Of a stretch of DNA of 64,000 nucleotides, positions 48,920 through 59,511 are shown in pieces. The notes under the pieces were generated by a model. The model had not been told where the DNA came from and did not search any database. It worked only from the letters and a program-made list of their open reading frames with translations. Location: sequence record SRR2962707_3772. One strand, 5' to 3'. Each line of letters begins with the position of its first letter. Within the stretch, counting starts at the first letter, position 1. Position numbers and translations under genes: made by a program.

Positions 48920-49705
48920 TTATAAGTTGAGTTTTTCAACCGTTTCGGCCGCCTCTAAACCACCGTCGGTTGAGATGTTATTACCATTGACCCATTTTGC
49001 GGCATCGGAGCAAAGGAACAAAATGACCGGTGCTATGTCATCTGGTGTGCCTGCGCGTCCCACTCGGTTGATGTCTTTGCTGGCTTTTTCTTCACCTAGC
49101 ACTTGACGGAATTGAGCGAGAATAGGGGTTTCTACAGGGCCTGGAGAGACGGCATTGATGCGAATGCCTTTGTCTTTAAATTGTTTTTGCTGAGAGGCAA
49201 TTTTATTCCAAACCAACAAAATTTCCTTAGAAATAGGGTAACCAAGCTGGTTTGGAATATCGAAATCTTTGATGACCTTATCGATATCAGGAAAACCATC
49301 GATACGGGCAATGGCGGACGCTCGTTCTGTGTTATCTCGCCAGCCAAATCCTGCCATGGAGGCAACGTTGATAATACTGCCGCCTGGACGCATTTTCAGT
49401 GCCGCACCTTCTGATAGGTTTTTCAAACCAAAAAAGTTAATTGCCAGTGTGATATTGGCACCCGCGATACCAGAAACACCTGCGACATTGCACAGCGCAT
49501 CGATGTTTTCTGGCAAGGCGTCAAGAATAGCTGAGACACCCGCTTGGGTCGATAGGTCGCCTTGTATAAAAGTACCAATTGTTTTTTCAGGCTTGACCAC
49601 ATCGATACCGATGACATTAGCACCCATTTCAGACGCTAATTCAGCACAACGATGAGCGATACCACTAGCAACCCCTGTAATGACGATCGTTTTTCCTGCT
49701 AACAT
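48920..49705 (-). CDS. Short-chain dehydrogenase, coniferyl-alcohol dehydrogenase (CalA)-like
   Basis: TGVASGI, DALCNVAGV, NVAS.AG..W, YPISKE and SPGPVETPIL motifs. Confidence 0.75.
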   Translation of the reverse strand: MLAGKTIVITGVASGIAHRCAELASEMGANVIGIDVVKPEKTIGTFIQGDLSTQAGVSAILDALPENIDALCNVAGVSGIAGANITLAINFFGLKNLSEGAALKMRPGGSIINVASMAGFGWRDNTERASAIARIDGFPDIDKVIKDFDIPNQLGYPISKEILLVWNKIASQQKQFKDKGIRINAVSPGPVETPILAQFRQVLGEEKASKDINRVGRAGTPDDIAPVILFLCSDAAKWVNGNNISTDGGLEAAETVEKLNL

Positions 49706-49735
49706 AATTTTTCTACCTTATTTATCAGTGGATGT

Positions 49736-50581
49736 TTACTTGTCTTTATTTTCCAATACAAGTAAGCCGTAATGTGTGTTGGAGACGGGGCAGTGTGTGA
49801 ATCGATAGACTTGTTCGACATCCTCGTCTAATGCCCCTCGCATGATGAACCACATAATGGCTTCGATCCCTTCGGATCCAGTTTCACGCAGATATTCGGT
49901 GTGACTGGTGTGTTTGATTTTTTCGGGCGCTGAGACTAAGTCATCTAACCATTGCTCGTCATAATCCGCATTAATCAAGCCGGCTCGTTCGCCTTGTAAT
50001 TGATGAGAAAGTCCGCCAGTACCGAAGACGGCTACCTTGGTGTCTTTTGGGTAGGATTCCACGGCTTTGCGAATGGCTTTGCCTAAATTAAAGCAGCGAT
50101 TTCCTGTCGGTTGAGGGTATTGAATAACATTGACGCACAGTGGGATGACCTCGCAAGGCCATTCTTCTGGCTGTCCAAACATAATAGAAAGCGGCACGGT
50201 AAGACCATGGTCAACGGGCATTTCATTAACGATGGTCATATCAAACTCATCCATGATTAATGATTCTGTAATGTGCCATGCTAGTTCAGGATTGCCTTTG
50301 ACGACGGGCACTTTGCGTGGGCCATAACCTTCATCTGCGGGTTGAAATTCGGGCGCGACACCGATGGCAAAGGTGGAAATAGATTCCAGAGAAAACGCTG
50401 AGGCATGGTCGTTAAATACCACAATACAGACATCAGGTTTGACTTCTTCGATCCATTTTTTGGCAGGTTCCATGCCGTCAAAAACAGGTTTCCAATAGGC
50501 TTCTTGCGTCTTATTATGATCAACGGCCGCACCAATGGCAGGGATATGAGAGGTGCCAACACCAGCAATGATTTTGCCCAT
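49736..50581 (-). CDS. ligB: Protocatechuate 4,5-dioxygenase-type extradiol dioxygenase, beta subunit
   Basis: Fe-ligand motifs TSHIPAIG, FNDHAS and GSEGIE.IMW; VDHG..VP and GG.SHQLQG.RAG motifs. Confidence 0.9.
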   Translation of the reverse strand: MGKIIAGVGTSHIPAIGAAVDHNKTQEAYWKPVFDGMEPAKKWIEEVKPDVCIVVFNDHASAFSLESISTFAIGVAPEFQPADEGYGPRKVPVVKGNPELAWHITESLIMDEFDMTIVNEMPVDHGLTVPLSIMFGQPEEWPCEVIPLCVNVIQYPQPTGNRCFNLGKAIRKAVESYPKDTKVAVFGTGGLSHQLQGERAGLINADYDEQWLDDLVSAPEKIKHTSHTEYLRETGSEGIEAIMWFIMRGALDEDVEQVYRFTHCPVSNTHYGLLVLENKDK

Positions 50582-50979
50582 TATTTTGTCTCCTTCTTAC
50601 TGCGGTTGCCATCGATAGAGCGACCACCAGTGATCATCATGTGTTTGAATTCTTCTTCTGTCATGCCTGAGTCAGACATGGCCGCGCCTGCCGCTTGCAT
50701 GGTCATGCCATCAAAAATAGCCAGTTTGAAGGTGTAATAGATGTTGCCGCCTAGGCGAAGCATTTCGAGCCAGTTGCGTTCTAAAAGGGCTTTTCGTTGT
50801 TCATTTGTGACTGGGAATTTTGCTAAATAAGCTTCTTCGTCTTTTCGGAATTCGTCACGATTCTCTTGCTTATTCAATGACATGCAAAACATGTTTAGGT
50901 AGTAACCCTTACGGTAATGGGTCCCGTCGAACACATAGGTTCCTGGAATGTCGTGATAGTCTCTTTCTTGGTCCGTCAT
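50581..50979 (-). CDS. ligA: Protocatechuate 4,5-dioxygenase-type extradiol dioxygenase, alpha subunit
   Basis: DIPGT.VF, KGY.LN.FCMSL, GGNIYY..KL and MMI.GGRS motifs; 1-bp overlap with ligB. Confidence 0.9.
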   Translation of the reverse strand: MTDQERDYHDIPGTYVFDGTHYRKGYYLNMFCMSLNKQENRDEFRKDEEAYLAKFPVTNEQRKALLERNWLEMLRLGGNIYYTFKLAIFDGMTMQAAGAAMSDSGMTEEEFKHMMITGGRSIDGNRSKKETK

Positions 50980-51113
50980 CACTTTTCCTCAGCTTAAGAT
51001 TGTATTTTTTATTGTTACCAGCCGTGCTAAGCCTTGAGTAAGCAAACGTCTGAGAGCGATGCCAGTATAGGAATTTGCAAAACAAGGAACAATTAGGCTA
51101 AATAGAACAAACT

Positions 51114-51129
51114 GTTCCGACTGTGGAAC
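51114..51129. promoter_or_regulatory. Probable LysR operator in the ligA/LysR divergent region
   Basis: GTTCC-GACTGT-GGAAC palindrome containing T-N11-A. Confidence 0.5.
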
Positions 51130-51147
51130 GATGGAAGGATAGAATCC

Positions 51148-52050
51148 ATGCGAGTGATGATGAATTGGAACATTGATGATATTCCCGTGTTTGTCGCTAT
51201 TGTTGACAGGATGGGGATTTCCGCGGCGGCAGACTACTTACACCTTCCTAAATCCAGTGTGAGTCGAGCCCTGAGCCGATTAGAGGAAGCGTTAGCGGTC
51301 CGCTTGATAGAGCGGAACTCAAGACGCTTACGGATTACGAGCGAAGGGTCGGCGTTTTACCGTCAATGTTTATTGATTATGGAGCAAGTCAACGAAGCCA
51401 ATGCGCTAATGGCAGGGTTAACCGCGGTGCCAAGCGGTAAGCTGGTGGTGACACTGCCAATGGCGTTTAGCCGTGAAATCGTGGTGCAGCACCTTAATAA
51501 ATTTATTCAACGTTACCCTAAAGTCACCTTAGACATCGTTATCACCAGTCATCCGGTGGATATTATTCGAGATCAGATCGACGTTGCCGTGATGATAGGG
51601 CCGTTAGACGACTCCGAATTGAGGGCTAAGCAGTTATTAAGCAGCCCATTGATCTGGGTGAGCAGTCCAGAGTATCTAGATCAGCATGCATTAGGCGTTG
51701 GCCCAGAAGCGCTTTGTGAGCACGTTAAAATTTGTGAGAAGCGTTATGGAAAAACCAAGCTGGCGATTAAATATCAGGAAAAACGTGAACACATTAACCT
51801 GAGTGACGTTATCCATATTAATGACCCCATTGCGGTTCGTGAGGCCGTGGTTCATGGCTCCGGCGTCTCGCTAATACCATCAATTTATTGCAAAAAACAG
51901 TTAAAAAGCGGCGCTTTGATCGAAGTGTATCAAGATGTTGAGCTGGAAACTTCGTCGCCGATTTTGGCGGTGTTCCCAAGTCGTCGGCTAATATCCAATA
52001 AGGTTCGGGCGTTTATTGATTTCTTAGAGCAAATAGTAGACCTAGAGTAA
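51148..52050 (+). CDS. LysR-family (CrgA-like) regulator, divergent from ligAB
   Basis: SAAADYLHLPKSSVSRALSRLEEAL.VRL.ERNSR and KVRAFIDFL motifs. Confidence 0.9.
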   Translation: MRVMMNWNIDDIPVFVAIVDRMGISAAADYLHLPKSSVSRALSRLEEALAVRLIERNSRRLRITSEGSAFYRQCLLIMEQVNEANALMAGLTAVPSGKLVVTLPMAFSREIVVQHLNKFIQRYPKVTLDIVITSHPVDIIRDQIDVAVMIGPLDDSELRAKQLLSSPLIWVSSPEYLDQHALGVGPEALCEHVKICEKRYGKTKLAIKYQEKREHINLSDVIHINDPIAVREAVVHGSGVSLIPSIYCKKQLKSGALIEVYQDVELETSSPILAVFPSRRLISNKVRAFIDFLEQIVDLE

Positions 52051-52131
52051 GCGGTGCATCGCACAACCCTGTCTTATCAGGCAGTAAGGCGAGCCAATAG
52101 GTGGCTGAATGTTCAAAATGTACAAGTTTAA

Positions 52132-53382
<1,251 letters not shown>

Positions 53383-53391
53383 CGCTTAACC

Positions 53392-54303
53392 TTATTCGCC
53401 AGTATCTAACGGCTCTTGATGCTGGCGAATAACGCTGTCTTTAAAGGCTTTCGGTGACAAGCCTGTGTGCTTTTTAAAGAAGCGCGAAAAATAACTAATG
53501 TCCTCAAAACCGAGCTGATAAGCCACTTCCGACACCGATTGAAAAGAATAAGCCAAATTCACTTTCGCCTCACTGATGACCCTGTCATGAATGATCTTTA
53601 ACGCGGATTTCCCCGTCACAGTGTGACTAATGCGATTCAAATGCGTCACCGAAATACGCAGTTGCATGGCGTATTCAGAGATGGGTTTTTTGTCCGCAAA
53701 AGAGTGACTGACCAGCTGTTGGAATTGTCGGTAATACCACAGGTTTCTGTCTTTTTCAGAAGGCCTTTGATGCGCTGAAAATACATTGTTAGCACGCATT
53801 ATTTGGCTAAATATCAAGCCCAACAAGCAGCGCATGGACACGCCTCGAGCGGGCTGACGGTTTCTGTATTCAGAGCGTAGCTGGCGAAATAAAGTGAGAA
53901 TCTCTGAGGTCGCATCTTCTTGTCCATTGCGCTCAATTACGATGGCTTTATCCAAGGATTGCAAACAGCTTTGCGAGCTTGCCAGCAAATCATTGAGGTA
54001 CTCGCGCGACACAGTGACTATGGTGCCTTCGATGTCTTTTTGCATTTCAAAACTGTGCACATCCCCAGCGGGAACGAAACAGCAGCAGGGGGTATTTAAG
54101 GGAATGAGCGCATTGTTTAAGTACATGGTGCCGGTGCCAGAGAAGAAATACACCAGATGACACAAATCATCGTGACGATGGGGTTCAATCACCCAGTCAT
54201 TTACTTCAGTGGAGCTTTTGACGCTGTCTATATGGACGGGATTCAGTGAAAAATCGACATCAAATTGTCCGTAGACTCGATAATTTGGAATGGCTTTTTG
54301 CAT
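53392..54303 (-). CDS. pobR: AraC-family regulator, PobR-like
   Basis: IPNYRVYG, PHRH cupin and C-terminal EVAYQLGFEDISYFSRFFKK; adjacent to pobA. Confidence 0.7.
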   Translation of the reverse strand: MQKAIPNYRVYGQFDVDFSLNPVHIDSVKSSTEVNDWVIEPHRHDDLCHLVYFFSGTGTMYLNNALIPLNTPCCCFVPAGDVHSFEMQKDIEGTIVTVSREYLNDLLASSQSCLQSLDKAIVIERNGQEDATSEILTLFRQLRSEYRNRQPARGVSMRCLLGLIFSQIMRANNVFSAHQRPSEKDRNLWYYRQFQQLVSHSFADKKPISEYAMQLRISVTHLNRISHTVTGKSALKIIHDRVISEAKVNLAYSFQSVSEVAYQLGFEDISYFSRFFKKHTGLSPKAFKDSVIRQHQEPLDTGE

Positions 54304-54411
54304 GCTATGTCTCACCAAATGAATGAAAGGTAAGCGCTCAGAGACCTCGTTCACCATGATAACAGAATGCGTAACTAGAGCATCTTGATGAACGAGGCTG
54401 CACTGGGCTGA

Positions 54412-55896
54412 TTACAATAAGCCTCCTTCAGACGCTGAGATGGAATGCATTTCCTGAAACGCGATAATGCCTTCATAGCCTAAATTTCGGCCCACGCCAC
54501 TGTGTTTATGTCCGCCGAATGGGGCGCGACTGTCTTGCGCTAATGGCCCGTGATTGTTTAGGTAGGTGTAGCCAGCTTCGAGACGTCGAGCAAGGCGCAA
54601 TGCCTGATCTCGATCCTCTGTCCAGACGGAGGAGCATAAACCGAACTCCGAATCATTGGCGAAGTGGATGGCCTCATCGACGGAATCGAAAGGGATGATC
54701 GGCAGCACAGGACCAAATTGCTCTTCTTTGACCACGCGTAAATTAAGGTGTGGATTGAGCACTAGAGTTGGTTTTTGAAAGTAACCTTCTGCGTACAAGG
54801 CCGTGTCTGGCACCTGACCAAGCTCCAACACATCACAGCCAGATTGTTTGGCTTCGGCTATCATGCTGGTGACAATCCCAAGCTGCTTTTTATTGTTCAG
54901 TGGGCCCATGGTGGTCGTGGCTAGGGTGCCATCGCCGATGACCTGAGCAGAGGCCATTTGAGTGAGCCCTGTTACCACTTCGTCATAGCGTGAACGATGA
55001 ACATAAAGGCGTTTTAAAGCCATACAAATTTGCCCAGAAGACATGAAAGCGGCGAGGTACATGCGTTTAAACGCCGCGTCATCTAATTTAGCGTCAGCGA
55101 GGACAATGCCCGCATCGTTGCCGCCAAGCTCTAACGTAACAGGCACCAGATTATCGGCGGCGACTTTCATCACATGCTTACCGACCGCTACGCTGCCGGT
55201 AAAGTTTATTGTGCGTATCGCTGGGTGAGATAACAAGGCATCGCCGATATTGGCCGATGACCCAGTTAGCAAGTTGATTACCCCAGGCGGTAGCATTTCG
55301 GCCATGAGTCCCACGGTCAGTGCGGTGACCAAGGCCGATTCTTTTGACGGTTTGACCACCACGCAATTGCCCGCGATCAGAGCTTGGGGCAATTTGGCGC
55401 CAAGAATGGAGATGGGCCAGTTCCAAGGCACCACGAGCGCTGCCACGCCGCGAGCTTGTCGCGTGATGATGGTGTCATAGTGTGGGCCAGATAATGTTTC
55501 GTCTTGGCTTAAGCGCTCTGCGTAAGAGGCCACTTGGCGAAAACGATCACTAATGCGCGATATTTCGATATGAGCTTCATGCAAGATTTTACCGTGTTCA
55601 CGAGTAAAGAGCCGCGCACGAGCTTGCAGCTCTTCTGGGTTATTCACCAAGTGATCAGCAATATTGAGTAGGTATTGGGCTCGTTCTTGGTAGGATAAAG
55701 CCGACCATGCTGGCATTGCATCGCGGGCTGCATTGCAGGCTAAATCCACATCCGCCACGGTGGCGCTGGCCGCGTACCCGACTAATTCACTTGGGCGCGC
55801 GGGGTTATATTGCGGGTAGGTTTCACCCGATACGGCATTTTGATATTGGCCATTAATATAGAGTTGTGTGGTTACAGTATTATGGTTGATTGGCAT
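54412..55896 (-). CDS. Aldehyde dehydrogenase family protein
   Basis: VPWNWP, FTGS, TLELGGND, SSGQICMA, EEQFGP and PFGG.K.SG motifs. Confidence 0.88.
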   Translation of the reverse strand: MPINHNTVTTQLYINGQYQNAVSGETYPQYNPARPSELVGYAASATVADVDLACNAARDAMPAWSALSYQERAQYLLNIADHLVNNPEELQARARLFTREHGKILHEAHIEISRISDRFRQVASYAERLSQDETLSGPHYDTIITRQARGVAALVVPWNWPISILGAKLPQALIAGNCVVVKPSKESALVTALTVGLMAEMLPPGVINLLTGSSANIGDALLSHPAIRTINFTGSVAVGKHVMKVAADNLVPVTLELGGNDAGIVLADAKLDDAAFKRMYLAAFMSSGQICMALKRLYVHRSRYDEVVTGLTQMASAQVIGDGTLATTTMGPLNNKKQLGIVTSMIAEAKQSGCDVLELGQVPDTALYAEGYFQKPTLVLNPHLNLRVVKEEQFGPVLPIIPFDSVDEAIHFANDSEFGLCSSVWTEDRDQALRLARRLEAGYTYLNNHGPLAQDSRAPFGGHKHSGVGRNLGYEGIIAFQEMHSISASEGGLL

Positions 55897-55976
55897 GCTT
55901 ATCACCTTCGATCAATTTTTATTTTTAGTGGATATCGGCGAGTATCTAGGGAAAAGAAGGCGCTTCCTTCCCTTAT

Positions 55977-56007
55977 TCCCTGTTTGCCAAATCATGGCGA
56001 ACAGGGA
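55977..56007. other. Intergenic stem-loop between the OsmC-like and ALDH genes
   Basis: TCCCTGTTTGCCA-aatca-TGGCGAACAGGGA. Confidence 0.45.
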
Positions 56008-56048
56008 GGATGACCATTCGTTATTTGACGCATTAACCGTTTGGCAAA

Positions 56049-57245
56049 TTAATACCCTGACAAGCGGATTTTTGTTTTAAGGTCCGCTTTACAAAAGGCG
56101 TGTAAAAAACAGGTTTGTTCAGAAACGTCGAGAATCGTTTTAGCAAACTCATCGTCTTCGCTGCTTTCTAAATAAACATGAGTTTCCAGCGGATCCGCTT
56201 TTCCGACTTCACCAGTCCCACCAGAGGCGCCGCCTAGGGTGAAATGAGAATCTTGCAAAATGCGGTAATCCGTCAAGTTTTTGCGCTTCATCTTCGCATA
56301 GCGACCAAACTGAGTCATAAAGCAAAAGCCAATGCCTGCGGACATATACGAGGTGGCGTCCGGCGCTCGCCCTAAACCACCGTTTTCTTCTCCTTCTTCT
56401 GATAATAGGGTGAAAACGGATCCGTGTGGGTTGTATAAATGTTGGACGATTTCTTTTATGCCATCAGGGCGTAATGTGCAAATGCCGCGTAGGTGAAGTA
56501 GGCGATCTTGATGATCGGTTAAGCTAGAGCTGGCGCCATGCAAGGAGTTTTCATGTTTGGGTGTTAATCCTCCTTTTACGCAAAGATCTTCCCAGTTGCC
56601 GGTGGCGGGCTCGGCGAGATCCATTTTGACCGCTGGGTCGGTTTCGACGGGTTTGCCCAGCGGTTGTGCTTTTTCTGGTGCCAGTTCGTTACCGTTGTGG
56701 CTAAGGGTAAATAGGCTCTCATGATGGCCGCGCATGAGACCATTAAGAGGGGAGGCTGCGGTGGCGTCCATGAGCAGCCTTGTTAGGGTATTGCGGTCAG
56801 CATCTGAGTCAATCTGTGCTTCTAAATCCACATCGTAGGCGTTGGCGATCATGGTGCCGCGGGCCAGGCTGCCTTTCATGCTGTAATAATTGTCTTGGAT
56901 TAGGCGAATCTTGTTGATCTTGATATTACGCAACTTGGCCAGCGCTAAAATCTCATTCATGTAAGAGGCAATCATGCCCACCGTTAGAAAACATAATGGC
57001 GCGGGGGCACAATCAGTGCCGTCCAAATAAGCGCCTTCATCACTGGCAAGACGCCAAGTGGTGCCTGTTCGAGCGGAGGTCACGAGGGCTTCTTTTTGAA
57101 ACACAGTTAGTGAGCGAACCGCGGTTCGTAAATCTTCTCCTAAACGGGCTTTGGGCGCACTCATGCCTGCCGCCGCCGCGTTATCTACCTTGTAAAAAAG
57201 CGGCTTGCCACTGTCGATTAATTTGTTTTCTGCAGTCTTGTTCAT
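56049..57245 (-). CDS. Protein with two tandem OsmC/Ohr-like domains, function unknown
   Basis: Repeat 1 LASDEG.YL.GTD.APAP...GMIASYM...AASP; repeat 2 LSEEG....G.G.APD...AGIGFCFMTQ...EQTCF; likely start ATG 57245. Confidence 0.65.
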   Translation of the reverse strand: MNKTAENKLIDSGKPLFYKVDNAAAAGMSAPKARLGEDLRTAVRSLTVFQKEALVTSARTGTTWRLASDEGAYLDGTDCAPAPLCFLTVGMIASYMNEILALAKLRNIKINKIRLIQDNYYSMKGSLARGTMIANAYDVDLEAQIDSDADRNTLTRLLMDATAASPLNGLMRGHHESLFTLSHNGNELAPEKAQPLGKPVETDPAVKMDLAEPATGNWEDLCVKGGLTPKHENSLHGASSSLTDHQDRLLHLRGICTLRPDGIKEIVQHLYNPHGSVFTLLSEEGEENGGLGRAPDATSYMSAGIGFCFMTQFGRYAKMKRKNLTDYRILQDSHFTLGGASGGTGEVGKADPLETHVYLESSEDDEFAKTILDVSEQTCFLHAFCKADLKTKIRLSGY

Positions 57246-57455
57246 CGTTATACCTATCGCTCTGTGTTTCATGGTGCGAAGTGAATCATTAAGAACGAGG
57301 CGTATGAGGCTGTTCTGTATGGCTTCAATTCTTCTTTCATTGGCTTGGCGCATGGCCCTTGTTGTGCAAAGTGGACCTTGGTTTTTATCGTGAACCTCAT
57401 TGCGCTTGAAGCCGATAAAAACACACAATAAAGCGCTCTGTCAAATAAATGAACC

Positions 57456-57476
57456 AAGGTTCACTATGTGAACCTT
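57456..57476. promoter_or_regulatory. Perfect palindrome, probable IclR operator
   Basis: AAGGTTCAC-TAT-GTGAACCTT between the divergent OsmC-like and IclR genes. Confidence 0.7.
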
Positions 57477-57631
57477 TGGCTTGATTCCTTCTTTATGCAC
57501 ACCGCCTTTTGGTGGCCGTTTTAAAGGCGCTAGCGACCTTGTCGTGTGCTGTTTGTGGTGTGGTAAAACATTTGAGTTTGCCTATCTCAGGCCGCATAAT
57601 GAACCAACGTTGAAGCTGACATAGAGCAAAA

Positions 57632-58486
57632 ATGAAACAGATAGAAAAGGATGGACTCACTGTCGATACCAGTGTGAAAGGGGCGGCTAGCGGAGTGCAA
57701 TCATTGGCTCGTGGCTTAAAAGTATTAGCGGCTGTGAATGAGTTCACCCCCGCGACTGTCACGCAAATAGTGGCCAGTACTGGGTTTCCTAAGGCGACGG
57801 TAATTCGGTTATTAAAAACGCTGAAAAACGAAGGTTATATCGATTTAAACCCAGAAGCGGGTGGCTATAAAACATTACCAAAAGTCAGGTTACTGGCCAG
57901 CTCGATGATTTCAGACAATAGTTTTGCTGTATCTGCTCGCCAATTTCTAAACGATTTTGCGCAAATACTAAAATGGCCAAGTGATTTACTGATCGCAGAG
58001 GGCTCATCCATGGTGGTTCAGGCCTCAAATCGAGATACGGCGCCGATCCACATAAAACGCTTTGAGCAAGGTCGTTTTTCTCTGTTGTTATCAGCAAGTG
58101 GTATTGCGTATCTTTCTGCGCTTCCAGCCAAAAAACGACAAGAGGTCGTGAAGGCGACGGTCAAGCTTCAACCCTCGTCGGAGGATCTTGAGCTGCTGAC
58201 CGAGAAAGTCATGCAAGAGATTGCACACTGCCAACAAAATGGCTTTGCTGTGACCGATTATCACGCGCCGATTGAAGGCACCAGAGCTGTTGCGATTCCA
58301 CTGCTGTATGAGGGCGAGCCATTTGGGGCGTTAGCGATGTTGTTTATTCGAGACGCGGTCAGTGATGAGCAATTACAGACCTTTTTATTGCCCCAATTAC
58401 GTGACGCGGCGGGTGCTGTGGCGCGTTTATACCAGCAACATGGCGCTGGTATGACATTGACACCAGTGCCTCACGAGGAGGCATGA
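57632..58486 (+). CDS. IclR-family (MhpR-like) regulator
   Basis: VQSLARGLKVL...TGFPKATVIRLLKTL..EGY and SASG.AYL motifs. Confidence 0.88.
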   Translation: MKQIEKDGLTVDTSVKGAASGVQSLARGLKVLAAVNEFTPATVTQIVASTGFPKATVIRLLKTLKNEGYIDLNPEAGGYKTLPKVRLLASSMISDNSFAVSARQFLNDFAQILKWPSDLLIAEGSSMVVQASNRDTAPIHIKRFEQGRFSLLLSASGIAYLSALPAKKRQEVVKATVKLQPSSEDLELLTEKVMQEIAHCQQNGFAVTDYHAPIEGTRAVAIPLLYEGEPFGALAMLFIRDAVSDEQLQTFLLPQLRDAAGAVARLYQQHGAGMTLTPVPHEEA

Positions 58487-59394
58487 TCGACTTGTTGGGC
58501 CGTGGCGGACCAGCGTTCTAGCAGAATGTTAATAAACAAATCCGCCGCTGGTGACAAGGACGTAGAGCTGCGTTTGACGAGACCAATAGAGCGGTCGATT
58601 TGTTGGTCTTTCAGTGGTCGGTAGGTGAGTGCCGAGGTACTGCTAAGTGGCATTGCCAGTTTTGGAACAATGGATATGCCTAAGCCCATTTCTACCAGCC
58701 CCAGTGAGGTAGACAGGTGCTGCACTTCATAAAAACTATTCAATTGCACTTGGTCTTTGGCCAGAGATTTATCCAGCAAAATTCGGTTACCACTGGCCCT
58801 TCCTACACTGATCAGTTTATAAGGTTCCATGTCGGTCCAAGACACTTCTGTTAATTTGCAAAGCGGGTGATCTTTTCTCAAACAGACCACAAAAGGGTCA
58901 TCCAGTAATTGCGTAAAGGTGACTTCAGGGTGCTGAGCAATGGCCATGTTAATGCCAAAATCCGCGTCGCCTCGAATCACAGATTCCAAACCATGGTTTG
59001 CGCTTTCATCGAGGATCTGGATGCGAATTCCAGGGTATCTTTCATTAAAAACAGTGATAACGCTTGGTAAGAAGTAAAACGCTGCGGTTGGAATACAGGC
59101 AATGGTGACCTTACCTTTTTGCTGAGAGGCCATGTCTTTAATGCCTAAAACAGACAATTCAAACTCTTCAACCATGCGCCTTGCTTTGGGCAAGAACTCC
59201 CTTCCGACTGAGGTTAGCCAGGTTTTTCTCGTGGTTCTTTCAAAGAGTTGAGCCCCTAGTATCCCTTCTAATTTTTGCATTCTGCGGCTGAGAGCCGGTT
59301 GGGATAAAAAGGTCAATTCGGCGGCATCGTGAAAGTTTCCAGTTTCTGCGATACGAATAAAAATAACCAAGTCTTTAAATTCTATTTGATGCAT
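58471..59394 (-). CDS. LysR-family regulator (YbhD-like)
   Basis: LSQPALSRRMQKLE...LFERTTR, IACIPTAAFYFLP and YEVQHLSTSLGLVE.GLG motifs. Confidence 0.9.
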   Translation of the reverse strand: MHQIEFKDLVIFIRIAETGNFHDAAELTFLSQPALSRRMQKLEGILGAQLFERTTRKTWLTSVGREFLPKARRMVEEFELSVLGIKDMASQQKGKVTIACIPTAAFYFLPSVITVFNERYPGIRIQILDESANHGLESVIRGDADFGINMAIAQHPEVTFTQLLDDPFVVCLRKDHPLCKLTEVSWTDMEPYKLISVGRASGNRILLDKSLAKDQVQLNSFYEVQHLSTSLGLVEMGLGISIVPKLAMPLSSTSALTYRPLKDQQIDRSIGLVKRSSTSLSPAADLFINILLERWSATAQQVDHASS

Positions 59395-59419
59395 GAGGGT
59401 CTCTATTAATTCGTTTTAC

Positions 59420-59452
59420 GCATCAACTATGCATTATTTTTGCATTTGATGC
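59420..59452. promoter_or_regulatory. Nested inverted repeat, probable LysR binding region
   Basis: GCATCAA-ct-ATGCA-N7-TGCAT-TTGATGC. Confidence 0.55.
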
Positions 59453-59511
59453 ACTAATCAATCTTGTGACATTGTAATAGAAGGTACTCAATAACAATAA
59501 GGTTTATTCAC

